Shown piece after piece: positions 9,613-18,612 of a DNA stretch of 64,000 bases. Origin of the DNA: Candidatus Multivoradales bacterium (lineage in GTDB: Bacteria > Acidobacteriota > Thermoanaerobaculia > Multivoradales > JAHEKO01); contig CBDCXM010000009.1 of NCBI GenBank assembly GCA_965223855.1, forward strand, positions 3,040,001-3,104,000, written 5' to 3'. The notes under the pieces are model-generated. The model made no database searches. It was given only the letters and a program-made list of their open reading frames with translations, and was not told where the DNA came from. The translations under genes and the position numbers were made by a program. Positions within the stretch are counted from its first letter, which is position 1. The number at the start of each line of letters is the position of its first letter.

Positions 9613-11967
9613 TCAGTCGATCGTTTCGCTCCACTCGCTGGTGTCGCCGGACTCGAAGTCGTCCTCGAAGATGTCGGGACCCTGCGGCGTACCGCCGAGG
9701 GAGACACAGTCGCTCGCCGGGCCGAAGCACGACGGCTCGCTGTCGACCATCGGGATGACGATGTACGAGTACTCGCGCCCCTCCATGAGCTCCATGTCGG
9801 TGTAGGTCGTCCCACTGGTCGTGGTAATCAGCGTCTTGCCGAAGTCGCACTGGTGCTCACCGTCGGTCCGGTAGACGTTGTACTCGACGCTGCCCTCGGA
9901 AGTCGTCCAGCTCAGATCCGCACCCTGAACGAGGTCGGTCGCCATCAGCGTGGGAGCGGTGGTCGGGACGCCTGCGCAACCGGAGTCCTGCACCGTCGGG
10001 CCGCCGTTGCCGGCGGTGCAACCGATCTCATGGCGGTCGAAGGCCGAAGCGATCGCCTCCATGTGCGGCGTGCCGTCGGCGACATTACCGTTGTCGTCGT
10101 CGGCAGCGAGGTACTGCAGGTAGGCCTGGGTCGCACCGCAGGCCGCCGCCCCGGGGGCGGGACCGGTGCGGTCGAACCAACCCGACGCGTTGCCGGCACC
10201 GATGAAGGTCAGGCGCGTCGTCACCTCGAGGGCGGTGTTGTCGTCCATCGAGTAGAAGGTCGGCAGGTCGCGCTTGATGAGATCCCAGACGGTCTCCGAG
10301 TACGCTGCGCCGAGGCAATGTACCGTGGTGCCGCAGTTGGCCCGCACCCAGGTCAGGTCGTGCGGCACGCCGCTCGTGCGATCCGCAAAGTCTACCGAAC
10401 GGATGCCGGTGCAACCGGAAGCCGCCGTGCAGGGGTCGCCGTAGCCGCCACAGAGCTGGCCGTTCTGGAAGAACCCACGGCCGACGCACGCCTGGTTGAG
10501 GCGCAGCGCCGCGTAGATGTCGGCCATCCCTTCACCGCCACCCTGACTCGAACCGGGGATCGAGCCGTTGACGTCGAAGTCATCCATGCCGTGGCCCCAT
10601 TCGTGGTCGAAGACGCCGGCGAGCTGGCCCGTGTTGCCGCAGATGCCGGTCTCACGGAAGAACTGGATGACCGATCCGGTCCAGAACGCGTTGCACGTCT
10701 GGCTGATGTTCATCTGGGCCGTGAGCTTGTTCTGCAGCCAGGTGTTGGCCGGCAGCTGCGCGCGCGCCATCTCCTTGATGCGATTGACCTCGTAGAAGCC
10801 TGACCGCGCGGCGGCGGTGTTGCCGGCCGAACCGGCGTTCTGGCAGTCGGTGTCGCCGTCGGTGCCGCCGAGGTCTATGTCGCCGGTGTCGGTCTCGCTG
10901 ATCGCACCGCAGAACTCCTGAATGCGGACAAACTCACCGTTGAGGGTGGTCGTGACCGAGCCCGCGGCGTCGAAGTGCCCGCCCGAGTTCGTGAAGCCAC
11001 CCGTGCTCAGGTCGGCGTACGGCATCGGATAGTTCTGCACCATCGAGCCGTCCGGCGGGATACCGTCGTAGCTCACAGGATAGACGCCGCCGACGATCTT
11101 GCGATCGACGCCGTAGTGGTTGAGATCCTGGAAGGCCAGCATCTCGCCGGTGTGTGCGTCCACCAGCGCTTCCCACTGAGCGAGGTCGCCGGGGATCGAA
11201 GGATGGACCGCCCAGGCGAGGCGGTGGGCATAGCCGGCGCCCTTTCCGCTGCCCGGCAGGAGCACCAGCTCGGACGTCTGACGGAGGCTGTCGATGGAGA
11301 AGGGGCTCACGAAGCTGGTCACCGTCGCCAGGGCCGATTCGGCCGGCAGCGAAGGCGTGAGGCCGACAGCGATGTCGCCCCAGCTCTCAGCGCCGAAGAG
11401 GACGAGATTGCCGCTGTTGATCACGGCCGTGACCTTGGCGCCACGGACAGGGATGCCGGCGACGTAGCTCGATGGCATCGAGATCTGGATCAGCTCGCCG
11501 TCGTCGTGGACCGCGATGCGATGAGACAGCTCATCGACGTTGATCCGCAGCGAGTCCTTGTTGGCGGCGATGAACTCCCGCACGCGCGACCAGGCGATCT
11601 CCTCCCAGGCGGCGGTGTCGGCCGGAGCGCCAACGCCGAGACCGTCCCAGGTGAGGGCGTTGCCCACGCCGTTGCCGGGCAGGAGCGGGTGGCTCAGCAG
11701 CAACGTCCGCCAACGACCGCCGCGGCGATCGAGGAAGGCCGGAGCCGAGCCGACGCCGAGAGCATCCAGCTCGGCGCGGGCGACATTGGCGAGCGACAGC
11801 GGCAGATCGGCCACGCTGTCCGCCCGGGGCGTCGAATCCAACTCCGCCGCCACGAACGCGCGCGGCGCCAGCGGCGAGTCGTTCTCGTAGACGAACGCCC
11901 CGGCGGCACCCGCAACGGCGAGCATCAGGCCAAGGCTGACGAGAGTCCTGCTTCTTCCTACACCCAT
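9613..11967 (-). CDS. secreted thermolysin/fungalysin-like (M4/M36-type) zinc metallopeptidase with propeptide, FN3-like domain and C-terminal DIFEDDFESGD motif
   Basis: Signal peptide, PepSY-like VDAHTGE, NAFW, HEWGH plus downstream EGMAD; GGAGG 9 nt before ATG 11967. Confidence 0.8.
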   Translation of the reverse strand: MGVGRSRTLVSLGLMLAVAGAAGAFVYENDSPLAPRAFVAAELDSTPRADSVADLPLSLANVARAELDALGVGSAPAFLDRRGGRWRTLLLSHPLLPGNGVGNALTWDGLGVGAPADTAAWEEIAWSRVREFIAANKDSLRINVDELSHRIAVHDDGELIQISMPSSYVAGIPVRGAKVTAVINSGNLVLFGAESWGDIAVGLTPSLPAESALATVTSFVSPFSIDSLRQTSELVLLPGSGKGAGYAHRLAWAVHPSIPGDLAQWEALVDAHTGEMLAFQDLNHYGVDRKIVGGVYPVSYDGIPPDGSMVQNYPMPYADLSTGGFTNSGGHFDAAGSVTTTLNGEFVRIQEFCGAISETDTGDIDLGGTDGDTDCQNAGSAGNTAAARSGFYEVNRIKEMARAQLPANTWLQNKLTAQMNISQTCNAFWTGSVIQFFRETGICGNTGQLAGVFDHEWGHGMDDFDVNGSIPGSSQGGGEGMADIYAALRLNQACVGRGFFQNGQLCGGYGDPCTAASGCTGIRSVDFADRTSGVPHDLTWVRANCGTTVHCLGAAYSETVWDLIKRDLPTFYSMDDNTALEVTTRLTFIGAGNASGWFDRTGPAPGAAACGATQAYLQYLAADDDNGNVADGTPHMEAIASAFDRHEIGCTAGNGGPTVQDSGCAGVPTTAPTLMATDLVQGADLSWTTSEGSVEYNVYRTDGEHQCDFGKTLITTTSGTTYTDMELMEGREYSYIVIPMVDSEPSCFGPASDCVSLGGTPQGPDIFEDDFESGDTSEWSETID

Positions 11968-12318
11968 GTCGGGCATCCTCCAGTCTGCTTCTGGTTCGGG
12001 AAACGCGGACGACGTCGCGACGCCGCCGGCGATTCGGGTCGGTCTAGTGACTACTGGGGAGATTTGCACACGAGCCGACCGATTTCAAGGTAGCTGGCCA
12101 CTAGATATGGCCTCCTCCGCCTGGGACTGCCCCAAGGGATTGGGCTCGGGCGCTCCAGTAGGGTAGGCGCCAACCCCAAGCGCGCCGACCGGATCGAGCG
12201 TCGTTCGCACTCGCCACGGAATCGAGGAGCAGCACGTGTAGACTTACGCGACATTTCCATTAAGCACAACTAGCCAGCCGACGTATCTCCGCCACCGGGC
12301 TGGGAAGGGAGTTCCGGA

Positions 12319-12639
12319 ATGCCGAGCCAACCATCCTCCTCCTCAATCCGCCGGGTCGTAGGCCGTCTCGCCGTACTCGCCCTGCTGGCGGCGTTCGCCC
12401 CCCGGGCGCAGGCGCAGCCCGAAAGCGAGATCGGTGCCCGCGGCTTTCACGCCGACAAGGTGTACAACCTTTCCGGCATCGACAGCGTCAACCTCTTCAA
12501 CGGCAACCTCACCCTCGCCATCCCTCTCGGAATCGAGTACCCGGTCAGCGAGAAGCTGTCGTACCGCTTCCACCTGACCTACAACTCGTCGGCCTGGGAC
12601 TACGAGGACGTCGAGATCCCAGGAGAGGAGGTTCCGTGA
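12319..12639 (+). pseudogene. truncated N-terminus of a secreted RHS-repeat-type protein
   Basis: Signal peptide then IDSVNLFNGNLTLAIPLG...LTYNS, typical of RHS protein N-termini; ends after 106 aa at the edge of the repeat/transposase region. Confidence 0.6.
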
Positions 12640-12674
12640 ATCGTCGAAGGGACCTTGCACCCCCCAAAGTGGTT

Positions 12675-12960
12675 CCCCAAAGTGGTTCCGGGTGAATAGT
12701 CGAAAGCCGGCCGAACTCGTCGTGGATCGCTCGTTGTCCGCCTCATCCGATTCGAAGTTTCGGACGGTCCAGTCGTTTCCGCTGCTCCGAAGCGATGACG
12801 CGTAGGCATTTCAGGGCCCCCAAAGTGGTTCCGGGTGAATAGTCGAAAGCCGGCCGAACTCGTCGTGGATCGCTCGTTGTCCGCCTCATCCGATTCGAAG
12901 TTTCGGACGGTCCAGTCGTTTCCGCTGCTCCGAAGCGATGACGCGTAGGCATTTCAGGGC
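12675..12960. repeat. 143-bp perfect tandem duplication of the transposase-flanking end
   Basis: 12675-12817 matches 12818-12960; each copy contains GGTTCCGGGTGAATAGT. Confidence 0.9.
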
Positions 12961-14024
12961 CATCTCGCTCCTTCTCGGCACTCCGGAGACAAGGAGTTCC
13001 CGACGACCCAGGAACGGTCGTGGAGTACGACAATCGGGAGAAGTCGCTCTCGCTTACCCGGCGCGCGCTGTCACCGGCTGGTAGCACGGTGGGCGGAAGC
13101 AGCCTTCGGGAAAGCGCGCCTCTCGGCATCTGCGGAGGTTGTCCGAAGCAAGACGGTACTCGACTAGGAACCACCGGTACGCCTCTTCCATCGCCCGACG
13201 CACCTTGCCGTCACAGGCATGGAACCTCGGGGCAGGGGTGCGCTCGAAGTGTTCAGGCCGGTCGTGAGGATCCTGCGCCAGGATTGCCTGGCGCCCCAGC
13301 ACCGGCTTGCCGGTCTCTTCGTGGTCCTTCTCCACGGCCTTGACCATCTCGCGGACTCGCTTGCGATAGTCCGAGCTGTCGAGATGCTCCCAGCAAGGGA
13401 TTGGCGTCAGTTCGAGACGATGCTTGGAGGCGAAGCGTCGCGAAGGATTCGCCTCTCCGCGGCGGAATGCTCGATACTGCTCCGAACGGTCGATCCACTC
13501 GCCTTCCATCGTCTCTCCCGAGAGAAGCGCATGCGTACTCGTCGCTCCAGGCCAGTGGCGCGGTGAAGCAACGAGTCGCTCCTTGACGCCCTGCTCGAGG
13601 AGATAGCGGAGTCGCCGAACGTGATCCTCAGGCGTTTCGCTGACGACGACATCCGTGTAGCGACGGCCCCAGAAACGCTCCCTCCAGTCGTGCAGCCTTC
13701 CGATCTCGCGCGCGACATTGGAATTGACGTAGGCCATGAAGCTGGCCATCTGCTGAACGTCGGTAGGCCTCAGGAGCAGGTGAGCGTGGTTCGACAGGTA
13801 GACGAAGCCGCAGACCCGCATCCCGGTTCTCTCCTGAGCGCGCGCGAGAATCCCGACGACGCGGTCGCGCACCTTGGCTGAGGGTCGCAACAGATAGCGG
13901 CCCTGTTGGGTCCGGACCGTGATCTCGACCAGCGACTCTTCCGGCAGGTAGCGAAGCTTCCTAGACATTCCATGGAGAAGGACGCAACCGAGGCGGAGAA
14001 TCTTGCACTATTCACCCGGCACCT
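12827..14024 (-). mobile_element. RAYT-type element bounded by 17-18 bp inverted repeats
   Basis: Left GGTTCCGGGTGAATAGT (12827-12843) and right ACTATTCACCCGGCACC (14007-14023) match 16/17 in inverted orientation around a HUH transposase. Confidence 0.7.
13054..13968 (-). CDS. REP-associated tyrosine transposase (RAYT, Y1 HUH family)
   Basis: EITVRT, FVYLSNHAHLL (HUH motif), FWGRRY, RYLLEQGVK, and a VASPRHWP motif. Confidence 0.85.
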   Translation of the reverse strand: MSRKLRYLPEESLVEITVRTQQGRYLLRPSAKVRDRVVGILARAQERTGMRVCGFVYLSNHAHLLLRPTDVQQMASFMAYVNSNVAREIGRLHDWRERFWGRRYTDVVVSETPEDHVRRLRYLLEQGVKERLVASPRHWPGATSTHALLSGETMEGEWIDRSEQYRAFRRGEANPSRRFASKHRLELTPIPCWEHLDSSDYRKRVREMVKAVEKDHEETGKPVLGRQAILAQDPHDRPEHFERTPAPRFHACDGKVRRAMEEAYRWFLVEYRLASDNLRRCREARFPEGCFRPPCYQPVTARAG

Positions 14025-14164
14025 GTTCTCGGGGCGCACACCGTACCCGCACCGAACTCCGGACTCCTGGATCGGGCCCGCGCGCAAAGGCCATCAGAGA
14101 AGTCGCCTCGGGAATAGGATAGTCGCTGCAACAGACAACAACGCTCCCGGGAAGGAGTCGACGG

Positions 14165-15136
14165 ATGAAGAAGTACCGCAAGGACGGCAAGATCACCGGC
14201 GAGTACTACTCCCAGGCGCTGGGGCAACTCCAGGAAGAACTGGTGGAGCTCCAGGAATGGGTGAAGCTCAAGGGGCGCCGTGTGGTCGTGATCTTCGAGG
14301 GCCGCGACGCCGCCGGGAAGGGCGGCACCATCAAGCGCATCACGCAAAGGCTCAACCCCCGAGTGGTCCGCGTGGTCGCGCTGGGTGTGCCCACCGAGCG
14401 CGAACGCGGACAATGGTACTTCCAGCGCTATGTGCCCCACCTGCCGGCGAAGGGTGAGATCGTCCTCTTCGACCGCAGCTGGTACAACCGCGCCGGCGTC
14501 GAAAAGGTGATGGGCTTCTGTACCGACGACGAGTACCGGGAGTTCTTGAAGTCGTGCCCGCAGTTCGAGCGCATGCTGGTGCGCTCGGGGATCATTCTCA
14601 TCAAGTACTGGTTCTCGGTCAGCGCCGAGGAGCAGGAGCGGCGTTTCCAGGAGCGGATGAAGGACCCGCGCAAGCGCTGGAAGATCAGCCCGATGGACGA
14701 GGAGTCACGGCAAAGATGGGTGGACTACTCGAAGGCCAAGGACGCGATGTTGACCTACACCGACATTCAGCAGGCGCCCTGGTACCTGGTGGACGCGGAC
14801 GTCAAGAAGCACGCGCGGCTCAACTGCATCAGTCACCTGTTGGGCTTGATCCCCTACGAGAAGGCGCTCATTCCTGAGCGCGAGCTGGCCGCACGGCCGA
14901 TCACAAGTGACGATTACGATCGCCCGGATCCTACGACCCAGCACTGGGTGCCCGAGATCTTCGGAGGCGGTGATGAGAGCGAAGAGGAGCTTCAGAGGCT
15001 TCTCGAGGAGCGCCGCAAAGCGCTCAACAGAGTGAGCGAACTCGACGAGGAGCTCAAGAGCTCGGTCCACGTCGGCGAGAAGATCGCCAGGAAGGAGAAC
15101 GTGGAGGAGATCGCAACATCCGAGAAGCCAGAGTAG
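14165..15136 (+). CDS. ppk2: polyphosphate kinase 2
   Basis: FEGRDAAGKGG, FDRSWYNR and WKISPMD motifs. Confidence 0.95.
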   Translation: MKKYRKDGKITGEYYSQALGQLQEELVELQEWVKLKGRRVVVIFEGRDAAGKGGTIKRITQRLNPRVVRVVALGVPTERERGQWYFQRYVPHLPAKGEIVLFDRSWYNRAGVEKVMGFCTDDEYREFLKSCPQFERMLVRSGIILIKYWFSVSAEEQERRFQERMKDPRKRWKISPMDEESRQRWVDYSKAKDAMLTYTDIQQAPWYLVDADVKKHARLNCISHLLGLIPYEKALIPERELAARPITSDDYDRPDPTTQHWVPEIFGGGDESEEELQRLLEERRKALNRVSELDEELKSSVHVGEKIARKENVEEIATSEKPE

Positions 15137-15280
15137 TGGCCTCATCCTGCCGGTCGTGGTGCTGCTGGTCGTGGTGTCGGGCGAGTCGTCGGCAACGCCG
15201 CACACCAGGGTGCGCACCGAGCCCAGGCTCCTGAAATCGGGCAAGTCAAGTAGGCGAGATAGGCTGTCCCACCTGACCCA

Positions 15281-15367
15281 GCCGGAGTGGCGGAACTGGC
15301 AGACGCAGGGGACTTAAAATCCCTCGACCTCCGGGTCTTCCGGGTTCGAATCCCGGCTCCGGCACCA
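15281..15367 (+). tRNA. tRNA-Leu(TAA), copy 1
   Basis: GCCGGAGTGGCGGAACTGG, anticodon loop CTTAAAA, long variable arm, CCA end. Confidence 0.95.
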
Positions 15368-15411
15368 GCAGCATTCGGCTCCAGAACACCCGGCATCAGG
15401 AAGGGACCCTC

Positions 15412-16015
15412 TTGAAGCGCATCCTCGTCCTCTTCGCCCATCCCCGGCCCGACCGGTCGGAGGCCAACGTCGTACTGGCCGAGGTGGCCCGGCGGTCGGA
15501 GGCGGTGACGTTCGTCGATCTCTACGCCGAATACCCGACCTTCGAGATCGACGTCGATCGCGAGCAGGAGCGGCTGGTCGAGCCGACGTGATCGTCTTCC
15601 AGCACCCGGTCTACTGGTACTCGAGCCCCGATGCTCAAGGAGTGGCAGGACCTGGTGCTGGAGCACGGCGCCTACGGTTCGACCGGCCACGAGCTCGAGG
15701 GGAAGCTCTTCTTCAGCGCCGTCACCTGCGGCGGCCGTCGCGGCGTGTACTGCGAGACGGGGGCCAACCGCTACGAGTTGCGTGAGCTCTTCGCGCCGTT
15801 CGAGCAGACGTTCCTGCTGTGCCGCATGCGCTACCTGCCGCCGTTCGCGCTCTTCGCCGCCGGCCACCGTCGACGAGGGTCGACTGGAGGGGCATGCCGC
15901 CGACTACGATCGCCTGCTCGACGCCGTCGCTCACCCGCCTCGATCTGGACCGTGCCGAACAGGCGCTGACACCTCCGACGATCTCGACAGCCTGCTGCAG
16001 GCGGGGGAGGGGTGA
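15412..16015 (+). pseudogene. kefF: frameshifted copy of the Kef ancillary oxidoreductase
   Basis: Near-identical to 17998-18612 but with several 1-3 bp deletions. Confidence 0.75.
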
Positions 16016-16445
16016 TGGAGTTCCTGGCCGACGCCTTTCTCTACCTCCTCGCCGCCGTGATCGCGGTGCCGCGGTGCCGGTCGCTCAGCGCCTCGGGCTC
16101 GGCTCGGTCCTCGGCTATCTGCTGGCCGGCATCGTCATCGGCCCGCTCCTCGGCCTCGTCGGGGCGGAGACCAAGGAGGTCAAGCACTTCGCCGAGTTCG
16201 GCGTCGTGATGATGCTGTTCCTCGTCGGCCTCGAGCTGCAGCCGTCGATGCTCTGGCGCCTGCGGGACCGCCTCCTCGGCCTCGGCGGACTCCAGGTGCT
16301 CGTCACGACCGCCCTCGTCTTCGGGATCTGCCTCGCCCTCGGCGTCGCCTGGAAGCCGGCCCTCGCCATCGGCATGACGCTGGCTCTCTCCTCGACGGCG
16401 ATCGTCCTTCAGACACTGGAGGAGAAAAAGAGAGGTTCCGGGTGA
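16015..16445 (+). pseudogene. kefC: truncated, frameshifted 5' copy of the Kef antiporter
   Basis: Matches 18612-19015 with an 8-bp internal duplication; ends at the repeat motif. Confidence 0.75.
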
Positions 16446-17407
16446 GTAGTCGGAAGCGGCCCCCGGTTGGCCGAACCCGTCGTGGATCGCTCGTTGTCCG
16501 CTTCATCCGATTCGAACTTCCGGCGGTTCACTCGGTTCCACTTCTCCCAAGCGATGACGCCTAGGCCGTTTCAGGGCATCTTCCTCCTTCTCGGCACTCT
16601 GGAGGCAAGGAGTCCCCGACGACCCGGAAAAGGTCGTGGACGACTCCGGGGGAAGTCGTTCTGGCCTTCGTCATCACCGGCAGGTAGCACGGTGGGCGGA
16701 AGCAGCCTTCTCTGCGGAGTTTGTCGAAGCAACACGGTACTCGACTAAGAACCAGGCTTCTTCCATCGCCCGACGCACCTTGCCGTCACGGGCATGGAAT
16801 CTCGCGCGGGCGTGCGCTCGAAGTGCTCAGGCCGGTCGTGAGGATCCTGCGCCAGGATTGCCTGGCGCCCCAGCACGGGCTTACCCGTCTCCTCGTGCTC
16901 CTTCTCTACGGCCTTGACCATCTCGCGGACTCGCTTGCGGTAGTCCGAGCTGTCGAGGTGCTCCCAGCAAGGGATCGGCGTCAGCCCGATGCTTGGAAGA
17001 GAACCGGAAGATTCTCTCCGCGGCGAAACGCTCGATACTGCTCCGAACGGTCGATCCACTCGCCTTCCATCGTCTCTCCCGAGAGAAGGATGCGTGCTCG
17101 TCGCTCCAAGTGGCGCGGTGAAGCAACGAGGCTCCTTGACGCTCGAGGAGGTAGCGGAGTCGCCGAACGTGATCCTCAGGCGTTTCGCTGACGACCACAT
17201 CCGTGTAGCGGCGGCCCCAGAAGCGCTCCCTCCAGTCGTGCAGCCCGATCTCACGGGCTACATTGGAGTGACGTAGGCCATGAAACTGGTGGCTCGACAT
17301 CCGAAGGCCTCAGGACGTGAGCGTGGTTCGACAGGTAGACGAAGCCGCAGACCCGCATCCCGGTTCTTTCTTGAGCGCGGCGAGAATCCCGACGACGCGG
17401 TCGCGCA
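16433..17407 (-). mobile_element. degenerate second RAYT element (end motif, 3' flank and frameshifted transposase lacking its 5' end)
   Basis: Colinear with 12827-13871; peptide TPIPCWEHLDSSDYRKRVREMVKAVEK retained; many indels. Confidence 0.85.
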
Positions 17408-17722
17408 CTGCATCAGTCACCTGTTGGGCTTGATCCCCTACGAGAAGGCGCTCATTCCTGAGCGCGAGCACTGGCCGCTCGGCCGATCACAAGTGACGAT
17501 TACGATCGCCCGGATCCTACGACCCAGCACTGGGTGCCCGAGATCTTCGGAGGCGGTGATGAGAGCGAAGAGGAGCTTCAGAGGCTTCTCGAGGAGCGCC
17601 GCAAAGCGCTCAACAGAGTGAGCGAACTCGACGAGGAGCTCAAGAGCTCGGTCCACGTCGGCGAGAAGATCGCCAGGAAGGAGAACGTGGAGGAGATCGC
17701 AACATCCGAGAAGCCAGAGTAG
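17407..17722 (+). pseudogene. ppk2: 3' fragment of ppk2 (duplicate)
   Basis: Same sequence as 14823-15136 with a small indel. Confidence 0.8.
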
Positions 17723-17866
17723 TGGCCTCATCCTGCCGGTCGTGGTGCTGCTGGTCGTGGTGTCGGGCGAGTCGTCGGCAACGCCGCACACCAGGGTGCG
17801 CACCGAGCCCAGGCTCCTGAAATCGGGCAAGTCAAGTAGGCGAGATAGGCTGTCCCACCTGACCCA

Positions 17867-17953
17867 GCCGGAGTGGCGGAACTGGCAGACGCAGGGGACT
17901 TAAAATCCCTCGACCTCCGGGTCTTCCGGGTTCGAATCCCGGCTCCGGCACCA
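17867..17953 (+). tRNA. tRNA-Leu(TAA), copy 2
   Basis: Identical to 15281-15367. Confidence 0.93.
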
Positions 17954-17997
17954 GCAGCATCCGGCTCCAGAACACCCGGCATCAGGAAGGAACCCTC

Positions 17998-18612
17998 TTG
18001 AAGCGCATCCTCGTCCTCTTCGCCCATCCCCGGCCCGACCGGTCGGAGGCCAACGTCGTACTGGCCGAGGTGGCCCGGCGGTCGGAGGCGGTGACGTTCG
18101 TCGATCTCTACGCCGAATACCCGACCTTCGAGATCGACGTCGATCGCGAGCAGGAGCGGCTGGTCGAGCACGACGTGATCGTCTTCCAGCACCCGGTCTA
18201 CTGGTACTCGAGCCCGGCGATGCTCAAGGAGTGGCAGGACCTGGTGCTGGAGCACGGCTTCGCCTACGGTTCGACCGGCCACGAGCTCGAGGGGAAGCTC
18301 TTCTTCAGCGCCGTCACCTGCGGCGGCCGTCGCGGCGTGTACTGCGAGACGGGGGCCAACCGCTACGAGTTGCGTGAGCTCTTCGCGCCGTTCGAGCAGA
18401 CGTTCCTGCTGTGCCGCATGCGCTACCTGCCGCCGTTCGCGCTCTTCGCCGCCGGCCACGCCGTCGACGAGGGTCGACTGGAGGGGCATGCCGCCGACTA
18501 CGATCGCCTGCTCGACGCCGTCGCTCACGGCCGCCTCGATCTGGACCGTGCCGAACAGGCGCTGACACTCTCCGACGATCTCGACAGCCTGCTGCAGGCG
18601 GGGGAGGGGTGA
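17998..18612 (+). CDS. kefF: glutathione-regulated K+ efflux ancillary NAD(P)H oxidoreductase (KefF/KefG)
   Basis: Flavodoxin-2 fold motifs ILVLFAHP, DLYAEYP and FQHPVYWYSSPAMLKEWQD. Confidence 0.88.
   Translation: MKRILVLFAHPRPDRSEANVVLAEVARRSEAVTFVDLYAEYPTFEIDVDREQERLVEHDVIVFQHPVYWYSSPAMLKEWQDLVLEHGFAYGSTGHELEGKLFFSAVTCGGRRGVYCETGANRYELRELFAPFEQTFLLCRMRYLPPFALFAAGHAVDEGRLEGHAADYDRLLDAVAHGRLDLDRAEQALTLSDDLDSLLQAGEG

Noticed and set aside
15281-17953. Prophage or integrative element bounded by duplicated tRNA-Leu(TAA)
   Set aside because: The whole tRNA plus 1.6 kb of flanking genes is duplicated and there is no integrase; it is not an attL/attR pattern.
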